From assembly GCF_006345805.1 (NCBI RefSeq), contig NC_043000.1, positions 68,386,001-68,450,000 of the forward strand: DNA of 64,000 nucleotides, in the 5' to 3' direction. This stretch comes from Octopus sinensis. Taxonomy: Eukaryota. Position numbers and translations under genes: made by a program. The notes beneath the pieces were generated by a model, which was not told the DNA's origin, did not search any database, and saw nothing but the letters and a program-made list of their open reading frames with translations. Of this stretch, positions 52,723 through 64,000 are shown one piece after another. Positions within the stretch are counted from its first letter, which is position 1. Each line of letters opens with the position of its first letter.

Positions 52723-52928
52723 TGTTGATTCGCTAGCTTCTGCACGCATCTTTTTTTCTCTCCTTGTCTCTTTCCGTGTTTTTTTTCTGTGTATCTTTCT
52801 GTTGAAGAGCGTAGGCTCGAAACGTAAAAGACTTGTTTTATTTATATTCCTGAGCGCCATACTAATACAATTGTTTGCTTGTATTCCACCTGCTTCGTCT
52901 CTTTGTTTATTTTCATAAAGCTTTCCGT

Positions 52929-52930
<2 letters not shown>
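52720..52930 (+). mobile_element. (TA)n-embedded Penelope-type terminal repeat with HHR-like motif at 52794-52831
   Basis: TCTTT-CTGTTGA-A-GAGC-GTAG-GCTC-GAA-ACGT-A-AAAGA; (TA)n on both sides. Confidence 0.6.
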
Positions 52931-52987
<57 letters not shown>

Positions 52988-53014
52988 AGTATGTACATCT
53001 AGTATTTATATATG

Positions 53015-53056
<42 letters not shown>

Positions 53057-53099
53057 ATATATATATATATATATATATATATGTGTTATATATTATATA

Positions 53100-53139
<40 letters not shown>

Positions 53140-53166
53140 TAGATAGATAGATAGATAGATAGGTAG

Positions 53167-53232
<66 letters not shown>

Positions 53233-53234
53233 TT

Positions 53235-53454
53235 GATAAAAATGGTAAGACAACAAAAGAATGAGAGAGACCTCGATATTATGTAAATAGAGGAATTTAT
53301 CTGTAAATGTAATATGTGACAATTATTCGGTAGCCATGATAAAACTCCGAGTTTCGGATGCCGAGGTGGAAATCCACGCCGCCATCTCTTCAGTTATCCG
53401 GCCATCCGAAACTCGGGGTTTTATCATGGCTACCGAATAATTGTCACATATTAC

Positions 53455-53461
<7 letters not shown>
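53235..53461 (-). mobile_element. Fold-back hammerhead element
   Basis: 59-bp inverted repeats 53302-53360 and 53403-53461 (1 mismatch) around a 42-bp spacer. Confidence 0.85.
53333..53402 (-). ncRNA. Type I hammerhead ribozyme (CUGAAGA core)
   Basis: Minus strand: GCCGGATAA-CTGAAGA-GATG...CATC-C-GAA-ACTC-G-GAGT-T-TTATC-A-TGGC; stem I GATAA/TTATC, near-palindromic stem III, GUU triplet. Confidence 0.75.
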
Positions 53462-53540
<79 letters not shown>

Positions 53541-53542
<2 letters not shown>

Positions 53543-53802
53543 CACTGTGACCGACCAGGCTATCAGATGTTGCTACACATCGCTGGTCACAATGCGCTTT
53601 GCATTGTTTTATCCTTCGAATGACGCCACCCTGCTGGCTAAGCGAGTAGGCCAACAGAAGAAAGAGTGAGAGAAAGTTGTGGCGAAAGAGTACAGCAGGG
53701 ATCGCCACCACACCTGCCGGAGCCTCGTGCCCGGTCTGGGAATCGAAACCGCGATCCTACAAGCACGAGTCCGCTGCCCTAACCACTGGGACATTGCGAC
53801 TC

Positions 53803-53804
<2 letters not shown>
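53541..53804 (-). mobile_element. SINE with family C head, internal deletion and the shared tail module
   Basis: Minus head GGAGTCGCAATGTCCCAGTGGTTAGGGCAGCGGACTC..GGTTTCGATTCCC; tail as in 6170-6287. Confidence 0.8.
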
Positions 53805-53859
<55 letters not shown>

Positions 53860-54718
53860 CATAACATGCATACGTGTGCATGCGTGTGTCTGTGTGCATA
53901 TATGTGTGTGTACCTTGGTAAAAATATGAGCCTCTGTAGGGAATATGAACTTTCTAACGCTCAGAATATTGCAATGTCGTGATTCACATGATCCTCCGTC
54001 TTAGATCACGTCTCTAGAACATATTAATAAATACCTGATCCACTGCTGGTGGGGTATCATAGGAAGATACGTTTGCTATTATATATCAGTAATTATACTA
54101 AATAAAGTCACAGGTATGCGAAGGACGATGACTGTGCTTTGTTTAGCTCCACATGTGTTAAACCGTGTCAATTTCCTAGAGCTGCTTGTCGCAGGTTCAC
54201 CATCCAACTGTATCAAGTATAACAGCTACAGCCTATATTGTAATAAGTGACGGTGCTGCATAATCTTGCTATCATTCAATTGCGCTCTCTCAAAGAAGCA
54301 ACTCGTGACTTTAAGTTGTATTAAAGTTAACATTTTCATGCAAGGAGGAATAATTGAATGTCGAACAGAATATTGTCGTTGAAAAGTAACCTCTCTGCAG
54401 TAACTATAGCTTGCTAAACCTTTTAGCAAACACCCTTGGAACAAACAAAATGGAGATCGTCGTTTAAAAATGGTATAAAACACTTTGTTTCAACAAGTAT
54501 TAACAGGCTTAGGGGTGCAAGGTAGAGGTGAAAAGTGACTGCAAATATACCACCTACACTGAACTGTAATCCTCATACATGCAACATCTACGGGCTTCTT
54601 TGCAAATCGTTGGCGGACTCAAATGTTACATTCGACATAAATATTATGATTGACAAAGAAAGTGTAGGTCGTCGGGGCGTCATACGCCGAAACCGACGGC
54701 AGACTCCGCTATATATAT

Positions 54719-54757
<39 letters not shown>

Positions 54758-54849
54758 CAACCTATGTACGTAAACACTAAATACACATACTCATATACTA
54801 TATACAAGTTGTTATATATATGTATATATACGTGTGTGTGTGTATGTGT

Positions 54850-55030
54850 AATGCTCGTAGCTTAGTTTTTCCTTGGGGCTGGCCGGATCGGAGCGATCTC
54901 AAGATTAATCAGCCGAAATTGTGAGGATGATCCGGTTCTTGACTGAAGATTAGAGGCTTCGAATGACCCGTCCGTTTTTTGTGTCATCTATTTGAATGTT
55001 TTGCGTTTTTGTCCCATTTTGTATTTTTAT
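54850..55030 (+). mobile_element. Microsatellite-embedded repeat with eroded HHR-like scaffold
   Basis: GGCTG(54877)...CAGCC-GAAA(54915); an isolated CTGAAGA at 54943. Confidence 0.35.
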
Positions 55031-55091
55031 ATATTTTTTATACACACACACACACACACATACACAACACACACACACCACACACACACAC

Positions 55092-55124
<33 letters not shown>

Positions 55125-55189
55125 TATAATATATATATATATATATGCGTGTGTGTGTGTGTGCATGCCTGTTTGTCTGTACGCATTAG

Positions 55190-55250
<61 letters not shown>

Positions 55251-55933
55251 GTGTGTGTGTGTACATACACATATATGATATATATGTATAAGCATATATA
55301 CATACATATGTGTGTGTGTGTGTGTGCATATACGCACACATCCCCACGCACATACACACACTCGATGGGTTACCGCACAGTTTCCGGGAAATAAATTTAT
55401 GAAAAGAGAGAGAAAAAAAAACCCAAACCAAGCAAAACATACCAAATTAACTAAATAAATATAAATAAACTGGGAAAAGGGACATGAGAGTGAAACATTG
55501 GGAAGTGAAATGAACGGATAAACATAATCCCACCCATAAACACATGAATGAAGCTGGGTTATGTACAGCAATAATTAAGCAAAATAAATAGATAAGCAGA
55601 TAAATAAACAATAAAGTAAATAAACTAATAGCTAGCTAGCTAGTAGTAGTAATAAATCAATTTAGTATGAAATCTCTCAAGGGTTTCCCCTTCCCCTACC
55701 CCCACCCCGTGCTAAACAGCTACATTCTAATTTTTTTTTGTTTTATACTTTTTGTATTTTTTTTTAGGGCTAGAGTGGGAACGGGTAAGCTATACACTAC
55801 TGATGTAGTTTACTAGTAACATATATCCCTTGCTCATTTCATCTCATATGGTTTCCAATTTTGTCTGATTAGTCTCTCCTTTCCCTTGATGTGTATGTAT
55901 GTATGTATGTATGTATGTATGTATGTGCGTGTC

Positions 55934-55981
<48 letters not shown>

Positions 55982-56008
55982 CATATTCATATACATATAT
56001 AATATATA

Positions 56009-56233
56009 TTTCTTTATTGCCCACAGGGGCTAAATATAGAGAGGGCAAACAAGGACAGACAAAGGGTTTAAGTCGATTACATCGACCGCGGTGCATAACT
56101 GGTACTTATTTAATCGACCCCGAAAGGATGAAAGGCAAAGTCGACCTCGGCGGAATTTGAACTCAGAACGTAACGGCAGACGAAATACCGCTAAGCATTT
56201 CGCCCGGCGTACTAACGATTCTGCCAACTCACC
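56009..56233 (-). mobile_element. SINE family A
   Basis: Complete reverse-complement copy with tail A. Confidence 0.9.
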
Positions 56234-56433
56234 ATGCGCAGGAGTGGCTGTATAGTAAGTAGCTGCAGGCGCAGGAATGGGTGTATGTTAAGTAGCTTGC
56301 TTACCAGCCTCATAGTTCTAGGTTCAGTCCTACTGCGTGGCATCTTGGGCAAGTAAGTGTCTTCTACTATAGCCTCGGGCCGACCAAAGCCCTGTGAGTG
56401 GATTTGGTAGACGAAAACTGAAAATAGCTCGTC

Positions 56434-56479
<46 letters not shown>

Positions 56480-56695
56480 GTATATTATTTGTGTGTTTGT
56501 GTTTGTCTCCCTGCCATCGCTTGACAATCGATGTTGGTGTGTTTACGTCCCCGTAACATAGCGGTTCAGCAAAAGTAACCGATAGAATAAGTACTAGGCT
56601 AGGATTACAAGGAATAAGTCCTGCGGTCGATTTGTTCGACTAAAGGCGGCGCTCCAGCATGGCCGCAGTTACATGACTGAAACAAATAAAAGAAT
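56234..56695 (+). mobile_element. SINE family B with duplicated 5' start
   Basis: GCGCAGGAGTGGCTGTATAGTAAGTAGC followed by GCGCAGGAATGGGTGTATGTTAAGTAGC, then body and tail. Confidence 0.85.
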
Positions 56696-56819
56696 ATACA
56701 CTTGCTCATATATGCTTACATATTACTTTATAATATATATACAAAAATATGTATATGTGTGTATGCATGTTTGTATCTCTCTCTTTCTCTCGCAAGTATG
56801 CGTGTGAATGTGTGTTTAA

Positions 56820-56901
<82 letters not shown>

Positions 56902-57129
56902 TGTATGTATGTATTTATGTATGTATGTATCCACACACAAGCACACATATACCCATATGTATGTGCACACGCGCATACAATAAGTGAGGTATTATTTGCA
57001 AAATTCCAGCTTGCTTTAACATTATTAAAGGAGGAGTTCATAAAGAGAAAAATCCCCAGTTACATTATACTCCAGGATTTTTCGGATCATATTTTGTGAG
57101 GCTCAACCAGTAAAGTTGACAGGAATGAA

Positions 57130-57184
<55 letters not shown>

Positions 57185-57614
57185 GTTTTCATTTATTTAT
57201 TCATATATTATTCAAAATATTCAACGTAAACACGAAGTTTCTACCTTTATAAACAAGGAGTTACAACATCTTTACTTGTGAGATTTTTGCTACCCTGGTA
57301 ACTATTTATTTATTTTTTCCGTGTTAATTGTTAACAAGGTAAAAATACACTCATCTATATATATATATAAAGTTAAAATAACTGTTGGGTAGCAGAGGCA
57401 AAGGTGGAAATGAGATGATCGATGCTGTACAGAACAAACAAGTTGGATTTGGACAGACGCAACAAACATGGATATCCCACCAAAATAACAATGAAGTGAG
57501 AGATACTGTGAATCATGAAATTCGCCATGTTGAAAATTGAGGCGTAAAACTAAATCAGTCGGTTTTCTTCAATCCTATGGCTTTAGTCAATGCGCATGGC
57601 ATGAGAGATGTATA

Positions 57615-57831
57615 CGAGGGGGTGCTCAAAGGTTCCTGGTTTTGGGTAAAAGAAAATACAGGCGGATCAGTTAATCATGATTTTATTCAACATATTCCCC
57701 ACTCAGATTCACACACTTATTGCAGCGATCCTTCAGTTTTTCTAAGTCCTGTAAAAGAACTCGGAAGGTTGGGCACCCAGCCGGGCCATTTGCGATACCC
57801 TTAAAGCCAAGAACTTTTCAGCACCTCCTCG
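57615..57831. mobile_element. Mariner-derived MITE (217 bp)
   Basis: TIRs CGAGGGGGTGCTCAAAGGTTCCTGG and CGAGGAGGTGCTGAAAAGTTCTTGG (rc); TA on both sides. Confidence 0.85.
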
Positions 57832-57920
57832 TAAGGAAAGGAAACTATTGCCGAACATGTGAAAAATAGTGTTAACCAGATTGCCATTCATTCTTTTGTT
57901 TTTAATTGCTGAATCTGCAG

Positions 57921-58146
57921 CAGCGTTTCTTAACTATTTTTTACCTATGGACCCATTTTATTCCTATTTTACTCAACTGTACCACCCCAGCCATTTTATG
58001 CCTAAAAAACCCCATTATATTTTTAAAAAATTGTTGAAATATTTTGTGCATCGTAGTAGTATAATAAATTTATTGCGCATAAACTTTGGCCACAAAATCT
58101 TATATGGACCCCTAAGGGTCATATGGCTCCCAGTTAAGAACCACTG
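57921..58146 (-). mobile_element. hAT MITE related to 39123-39444
   Basis: TIRs CAGCGTTTCTTAACT and CAGTGGTTCTTAACT (rc); shared CCATATGACCCTT subterminal motif; flanks ATCTGCAG and GTCTGGAG (6/8). Confidence 0.7.
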
Positions 58147-58249
58147 GTCTGGAGGAAGTAGCATATTCATGTCCTTTGAAGAGACTCCTATACAAGTAAG
58201 ATTGGTACCATTACTGCTTCAAAATTTGTAAGTCTACATCTGCAGGAAA

Positions 58250-59250
58250 GCCATAAGCAAGGTGATAGAGGGTCCAGAGAGCCGACGTTCTTAGAAGGAA
58301 AGACTTAGTATCAGCCTAGCTTGGGGACACAACAGGAGGTGATGAAGAAGGGGGATGTAGTACGGGAATGCCTGAGTGGGGATGGCACATCACGACACAG
58401 TCTGTAGAATTGTTTCTTTCGATGCTAAACTGCAAGCCCATCAACTTATCCAGGTTGATATTAGTCCCGGCCATCGACTCGCATTATGTCATCCATTTCT
58501 ACGATGCTGACATCGTTCACATATTTCAACACGGCCATTTCAGGTCCAAGATCAACGTTTCTATTTTCTGTAACAGCGGCTTGTGAGTCAGCGTGTATAA
58601 ACAATCCAAATCGATCTGAGTTTTCACCGATGTCAGCATTATTATCAAACCTCTCTGTGTATCGCTGTGGTGAAGGTTGTGCATGGATCTGTTCGAATTT
58701 CCACACGCTTTCGATCACCCTGACAAGTATAATCATTTTCCATGAAATCGAAGAAAACAGTTTGGGATCTTATTTTAAAAAGGATTCATATTGGACATTT
58801 TGTAGGTTTACTTCTTGCAAGGAATGAGGAAGAAAGCTTGTCTGAGCCCTGCAAGAGATTCCCTGTTTCTTCTTTCCGTCCTTCAGAAAGATTACATACA
58901 GTAAACAGAGCAAGACAACCACCACTCTCGGTCTAACAAGGCTGTACCCTCTCGCCTTATCAGTACGTATTGGTTAGCGTTGGAATAGTTGAGGGGCATC
59001 TTTTGGAAGTGGAACTCGGAAGGATCGTGTTTGCTACTGAAGAGGAGATGGCCATCAGATGCCATGGAAGGGGTACCCAAAACAAGTCGGTAAGCTCGGC
59101 ACCTAAAGATGTAAGTCCATGCCAGTGAGCAGCATTATGGAACGCTGAATCGACAGATGTGTTATTCTGTTTGAGGTACGGTTCGGTTACGACTGCCAGA
59201 TCATCATACAAACTGAGTAAATTGAAGCACCTGTTTAACTCCCCGTGGAA
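58250..59250 (-). pseudogene. Heavily decayed CR1-group (L2/Daphne-like) LINE pieces
   Basis: LAVVTEPYL and GYSLVR (APE-like); LKYVNDVSIVE (YVDD-like). Confidence 0.4.
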
Positions 59251-59619
59251 AGTTTATGTTTCACTACTTAGGTGATCCCTCTGCTGCCACTCTATATAGC
59301 AAGTTAGAGGCATGCCATGGCTTCTGGTACATATACACGCATCAAAGATGTGCTTCTTGCAGAGATTCTTCGACTGTGACCTGAATTTTTTTTACACTAG
59401 ATTTATGGGAGATTCGGCTGCTTTTTGTAATAGACCGAGCTGCGGTAGTGTTCGTGTTGTCGAGTCCACAATTTACTGAATCATTTCGAAACTATTAAAA
59501 ATTTCGATTTCATGAAGAGAAGTCGAACTAGTCACGTTTCTTCTCTAAAAAAAAACTCATTATGCCTAAAAGGAACTTTGAATTCTGCAGTACAAGACAC
59601 CGAAACATACATACATACA

Positions 59620-59681
<62 letters not shown>

Positions 59682-60180
59682 GTTCTATGGAGTACAAAAT
59701 TACAGTGAGGCGACGTGCAAAACAAAGGTTAAAATGTGTTACTTATGACTTTACAAGAATGCGAATCGTTGACATCCTCTTGACTCAAATAACTGAAGTA
59801 ACATGTACGTTATAATATTGTAAAAATATAAAAATGTGTATACGGAGGATTGGCTTGTATCGTATTCATAAGTGTCTCACATATTTTAAAGAACCGTGTA
59901 AACACTCACACGCAAAACACATACATATCCACAATACACGTTTATGGATACAAGTACACACACACATACTCTCATTAGTGAACAGTAAAGTACGTCAGTC
60001 AAAGTTAGCTATTTTGAGAAAAAACTTTGTAAATGTATAAATATATTTAATCATATGTATTCCCCCACACCTATCCATCCACCACAATTTCAAATAGAAG
60101 ATCAAGAAACTTATTGACGTGAATTAAACTACACACACAAACACGTATGTATATATTACATACATACACACAAACACATA

Positions 60181-60280
60181 CGTCGACCTCGGCAGAATTT
60201 GAACTCAGAAAGTTAAGATGAACTAAATGCCGCTAAGCACTTTGTTGGGCATACTAACGATTCTGCCGATTCGCCGCCTT
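60181..60280 (-). mobile_element. SINE family A 5' fragment
   Basis: GTCGACCTCGGCAGAATTTGAACTCAGAA..GATTCGCCGCCTT. Confidence 0.75.
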
Positions 60281-60515
60281 AGAATAACACAAAATAATGT
60301 AAGAGAAGAATTTCGACTATACCACTTTAGTAATATTCACACTTATGGCAAATGATCGTTAGTTATCAGGTAATGGAAGTTGTTTTGCTGAGAATGGCAT
60401 GTTTGTGCTTGTGCGTATGTGGGTGTGTATATGTTTGTACTAAGGTGTGTGTGTGTATGTATATTTATGTACGTATATGTCTGATTGTATGTACGCATCT
60501 GATTGTTTGATTGTA

Positions 60516-60551
<36 letters not shown>

Positions 60552-61285
60552 CGTGTGTACAAAGAGAAAGAGAAAGTACATTTTTGGTTGTCTCAGTAAG
60601 GTAGACGATAAGCTATCGGCGAGCCAAGTTCAATTCCTTATGGTAATACTTTCACATCACATACGCTCTAAATAATTCCTGACAAAGCATGAACGCCATA
60701 AAAAAAAAGCCACTGAAATATACAATCCAGTTAGCTACAGGTAATTTAATTCAATTGAAGAATAGCCAATCTAAAAGTACAAATATTCTATTATTGACTC
60801 TATTTCTAACTGTTTGCATCTAGATACTTGAATGTGTGTATATTTACAGTTAAAACGTATATGGCCAACAAACCCACTCAAAAGTATGCAATCGCATACG
60901 CTAGCACACTAACACTCACACAAAAGGTATTTGTATCCGAGTCTTCAAAGTTCCATATTTTGTTTGTTCACTACTTGAAATCGAGCATTGCCATTCATCA
61001 AGTGGACACTGATGTATGACTCTATTTTATGTGTAGAGGGCCAGTCGTACACGCTGTTGACATAGAAGATTTAGCTGTGTATTTAACAAGGAAACTCTTC
61101 CACTTACAATAATCCGGATGAAACTCAGTCTAAGTTGGTCTCAACAATATTTTAATTCAGTTAAGCTAAGTCAAAGCATAGCCGTATGGACAAGAAGTTT
61201 GCATCGCAGCCACCCAAATCCAGGATAGATCCCACTGCACAACACTCGTCAAGGGTTTTGTGGTGTAATTTTTGTGGTGTACTTT

Positions 61286-61332
61286 CGCATTGCGACCAGC
61301 GATGTGTAGCAACATCTGATGGCCTGGTCGGT

Positions 61333-61340
<8 letters not shown>
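61286..61340 (+). mobile_element. Truncated shared SINE tail ending in (AT)n
   Basis: CGCATTGCGACCAGCGATGTGTAGCAACATCTGATGGCCTGGTCGGTCACGTGAT. Confidence 0.75.
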
Positions 61341-61377
<37 letters not shown>

Positions 61378-61380
61378 TAC

Positions 61381-64000
61381 ACGTTTCCAGAAGAAGGACC
61401 TATCTCTCCAGTCTTTCTTTCCTTTAAAGGAAAACAAGAAGGAGAGAGAATAATTCACGGAATCGCTTTTGCTGTAAAATCCAAGTTTGTGAAGAAACAC
61501 CATCTGAAACCTTCTACCATCAATGAACAGCTCATGACTCTCCAAATACCGATCTCTGCTACCTTTGACACTGATCTCTACTTACGCACCTACACTTGAT
61601 ACCAATGACAGTGTGAAAAATACCTTCTACCAACAGCTGAGTGACCTGGTCCTCAATGTACCACCAAATTACAAGCTCCTCCCCTTCGGGAATTTCAATG
61701 CAAGAGTGGGGAAAGACAACAGGCAATGGGAGAATGTTATTAACAAAAAAGAAAAAGGAGTCGGAAATTGCAATGAAAAGGAACTCTTGCTCCTTGGGCT
61801 GTGTGCTGAAAACTCTCTCTTCATCACCAACACCCAATTTCGACTCCTAAATCGCAACAAGACCACCTAAAAGCATCTCAGTTCGCAACACTGGCATCTC
61901 CTGGACTACTCCATCATTCGGCAACGAGACAAAAGAAACGCCCCCATCACGCAAACGGCTAACAGCGCTGACGATTGCTGAACAGACCATCATCCGCCTT
62001 CGAATAATGGTTAACAGCAAACCAAAGACTGGAAAAACAAAACTAGTCAGAAGAAAATTTGATATAGCGAAGCTTAACAACCCAGAGATCAGCTTCTTTG
62101 TGCATCTTCCATTCTCAAACACCTTCAATCCATCCCATCTGACAACCAGGATATGGATAAGGAAAGGAGTACACTTCGAAAAACAATCACTGAAGTGGCT
62201 GAACACACCCTCGGGTACAGCAAAAAGAGACATAACGACTGGTTTGATGACAATGATCTAGCAATCAGCCAGCTGATCGATGCAAAACGGCAAGCCCACT
62301 TCTCTCATGAGCAAGATCCAAGATCGCAGCACAAGAAGGTGAGATATCAAGACCTCAAAAGATAATACCAAATAAAATTGAGAGAGATGCAGAACAACTG
62401 GTGGTAAGAAAAAGCGGTTGAACTCCAAAGGTATGCTGACACCCGTGACTTCAGACGTGAACTCAGGAACTTTTGGGGCTCGTTAGATCATCAACATGGT
62501 CATCAATCAGATTGATGCCCGTGAGATCATCAATCAGTAGACTCCAACACCATCCTGGCTGACCTACAAGATATCGTTCAACGTTATAGAGAGAGAGAGC
62601 ACTTCTCGAGTCTTCTGAACCAAGGCTCCAACGCGGCGGATGACTTCTTGAAGAACGTACTCATGCATCAAACTCGACACTAGATGAACACGCCACCATT
62701 CTACAAAGAGTATCAGATTACCTGCAACTGCATGAAACAGCAGAAGTCCTCTAGCCCAGACAACATCCCAATGGAACTTCTAAAACATGGTGGACTACTA
62801 TTAAACACCAGTCTGTTCACATTGATTTTCCGAATATGGAAGAACCGCCACGTTCCCAAAGACCTCAAAGATGTTGTTATCGTCGCCATCTTCAAAAAAG
62901 GAGATAGAAAGATGTGGAAACTATAGTGCCATCTCACTGGTATCCACTGTAGAGAAAATCTTTGCAAAGTTCCTTCTGGATCGTCTCCAAGTCATCGCGG
63001 AGGAGGTCCTACCCGAAGCACTATGTCCAGAAGGACAACTGACATGATCCTTTGTGCTCGACAAATACAAGAAAATAGTAGGGTACAACAAAAACATCTC
63101 TATTTTGTTTTCTACGACCCCGAAAAGGCCTTTGATACAGTCCCAAGGCCTGCAGTGTGGAAGGTCCTCCGATGCTTCGGCTGCCCCGATCAGTTAATTG
63201 CCCTAATACAGGGATTATATAACGATATGACTGGAACCATCTTCCATCAAAACCAATTGTCTGAAGACTTCCACATCACTGGATGATTAAAACAAGGATG
63301 CGTTTTGGCCTCAACACTCTTCCCCCTGAACCTTGCAGCAATGTTTCATGAACTGCCTTCGGGCAATCCAGGAGCCAACATTAGGTACCGATATGACAGG
63401 GAATGTTTCAACCTTGCCAGATTGAAGTCACGAAGACTGACTAGGAAGCAAAAGATCACTGAACTTCAGTATGTTCATGAGAACGAAGCGGTCTGCCACT
63501 CCAGTGAACAGCTTCAACAGTTGGTGAATAACTTCATCAATGCTTACACTCGGTTTGGCCTAAAAGTCAACATCAAAAAGACAAAAATCCTGACATAGCC
63601 CATTCTAAGCTAGAAAACTCCAGACCTCAATGTTACCATCTCGGGGACGCCACTGGAGAAAATCGACCACTTTTCAAACTTTGGGAAGTTTGCTATCGAA
63701 CAAGTGCACATCGGAAAAGGACGTAGAGAACCGATTAAGGGCGGTTCACACTGCGTTTGGTGGACTCGTGAAAAGGGTCTTTAAGAACCACCAAACAAAA
63801 TTTAGTGATCTCCACTCTCCTCTACAGTTGTGAAACCTGAACTTTTTACCGAAGTGACGTCAAAAAATTAGAGCGATTTCACCAACAGAAGCTCCGCTCT
63901 ATTATGAATATCAAATGAAATGACGATGTGACCGATGACTCCGTTTTGGAGAGAACGAAAAGAAGCAGCATCAAGGCCACCATCCTAAAACATCGTCTGA
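61381..64000 (+). mobile_element. RTE LINE (APE + RT), decayed, runs off the window
   Basis: HGIAFAVK, STYAPTL, GNFNARVG, WHLLDY, KSSSPDNIPMELLK, FYDPEKAFDTV, GLKVNIKKTK; multiple stops and frameshifts. Confidence 0.92.

Overview
AT-rich eukaryotic DNA dense in di-, tri- and tetranucleotide microsatellites. The SINE and LINE repertoire looks like an octopus/cephalopod genome (recognised from memory, not checked against a database). I see no intact protein-coding gene: the long ORF-track entries are microsatellite read-throughs or decayed transposon ORFs, and only one convincing orphan exon (32313-32372, +) hints that the window may be a large intron. Recognisable content: a full-length but frameshifted mariner with TIRs and TA TSD, other Tc1/mariner remnants and MITEs, two hAT MITEs, two RTE LINEs (one nearly full length), Tx1/L1, CR1-group, R4/Dong, Copia and Penelope fragments, a probable Helentron-like element, and about 25 tRNA-headed SINE copies or fragments from at least three families. 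Two things stand out. (1) Several small, unrelated Penelope-type hammerhead-ribozyme (HHR) modules; three sit in fold-back (inverted-duplication) insertions, one with a perfect 12-bp target-site duplication and an HHR in each arm. (2) A ~530-bp non-coding, non-tRNA element present three times, each beside (TAA)n/(ATT)n-type repeats, in the same window as (TAA)n-flanked R4/Dong retrotransposons. All coordinates and folds were read by eye and may be off by a few bases; no alignment or folding software was run.
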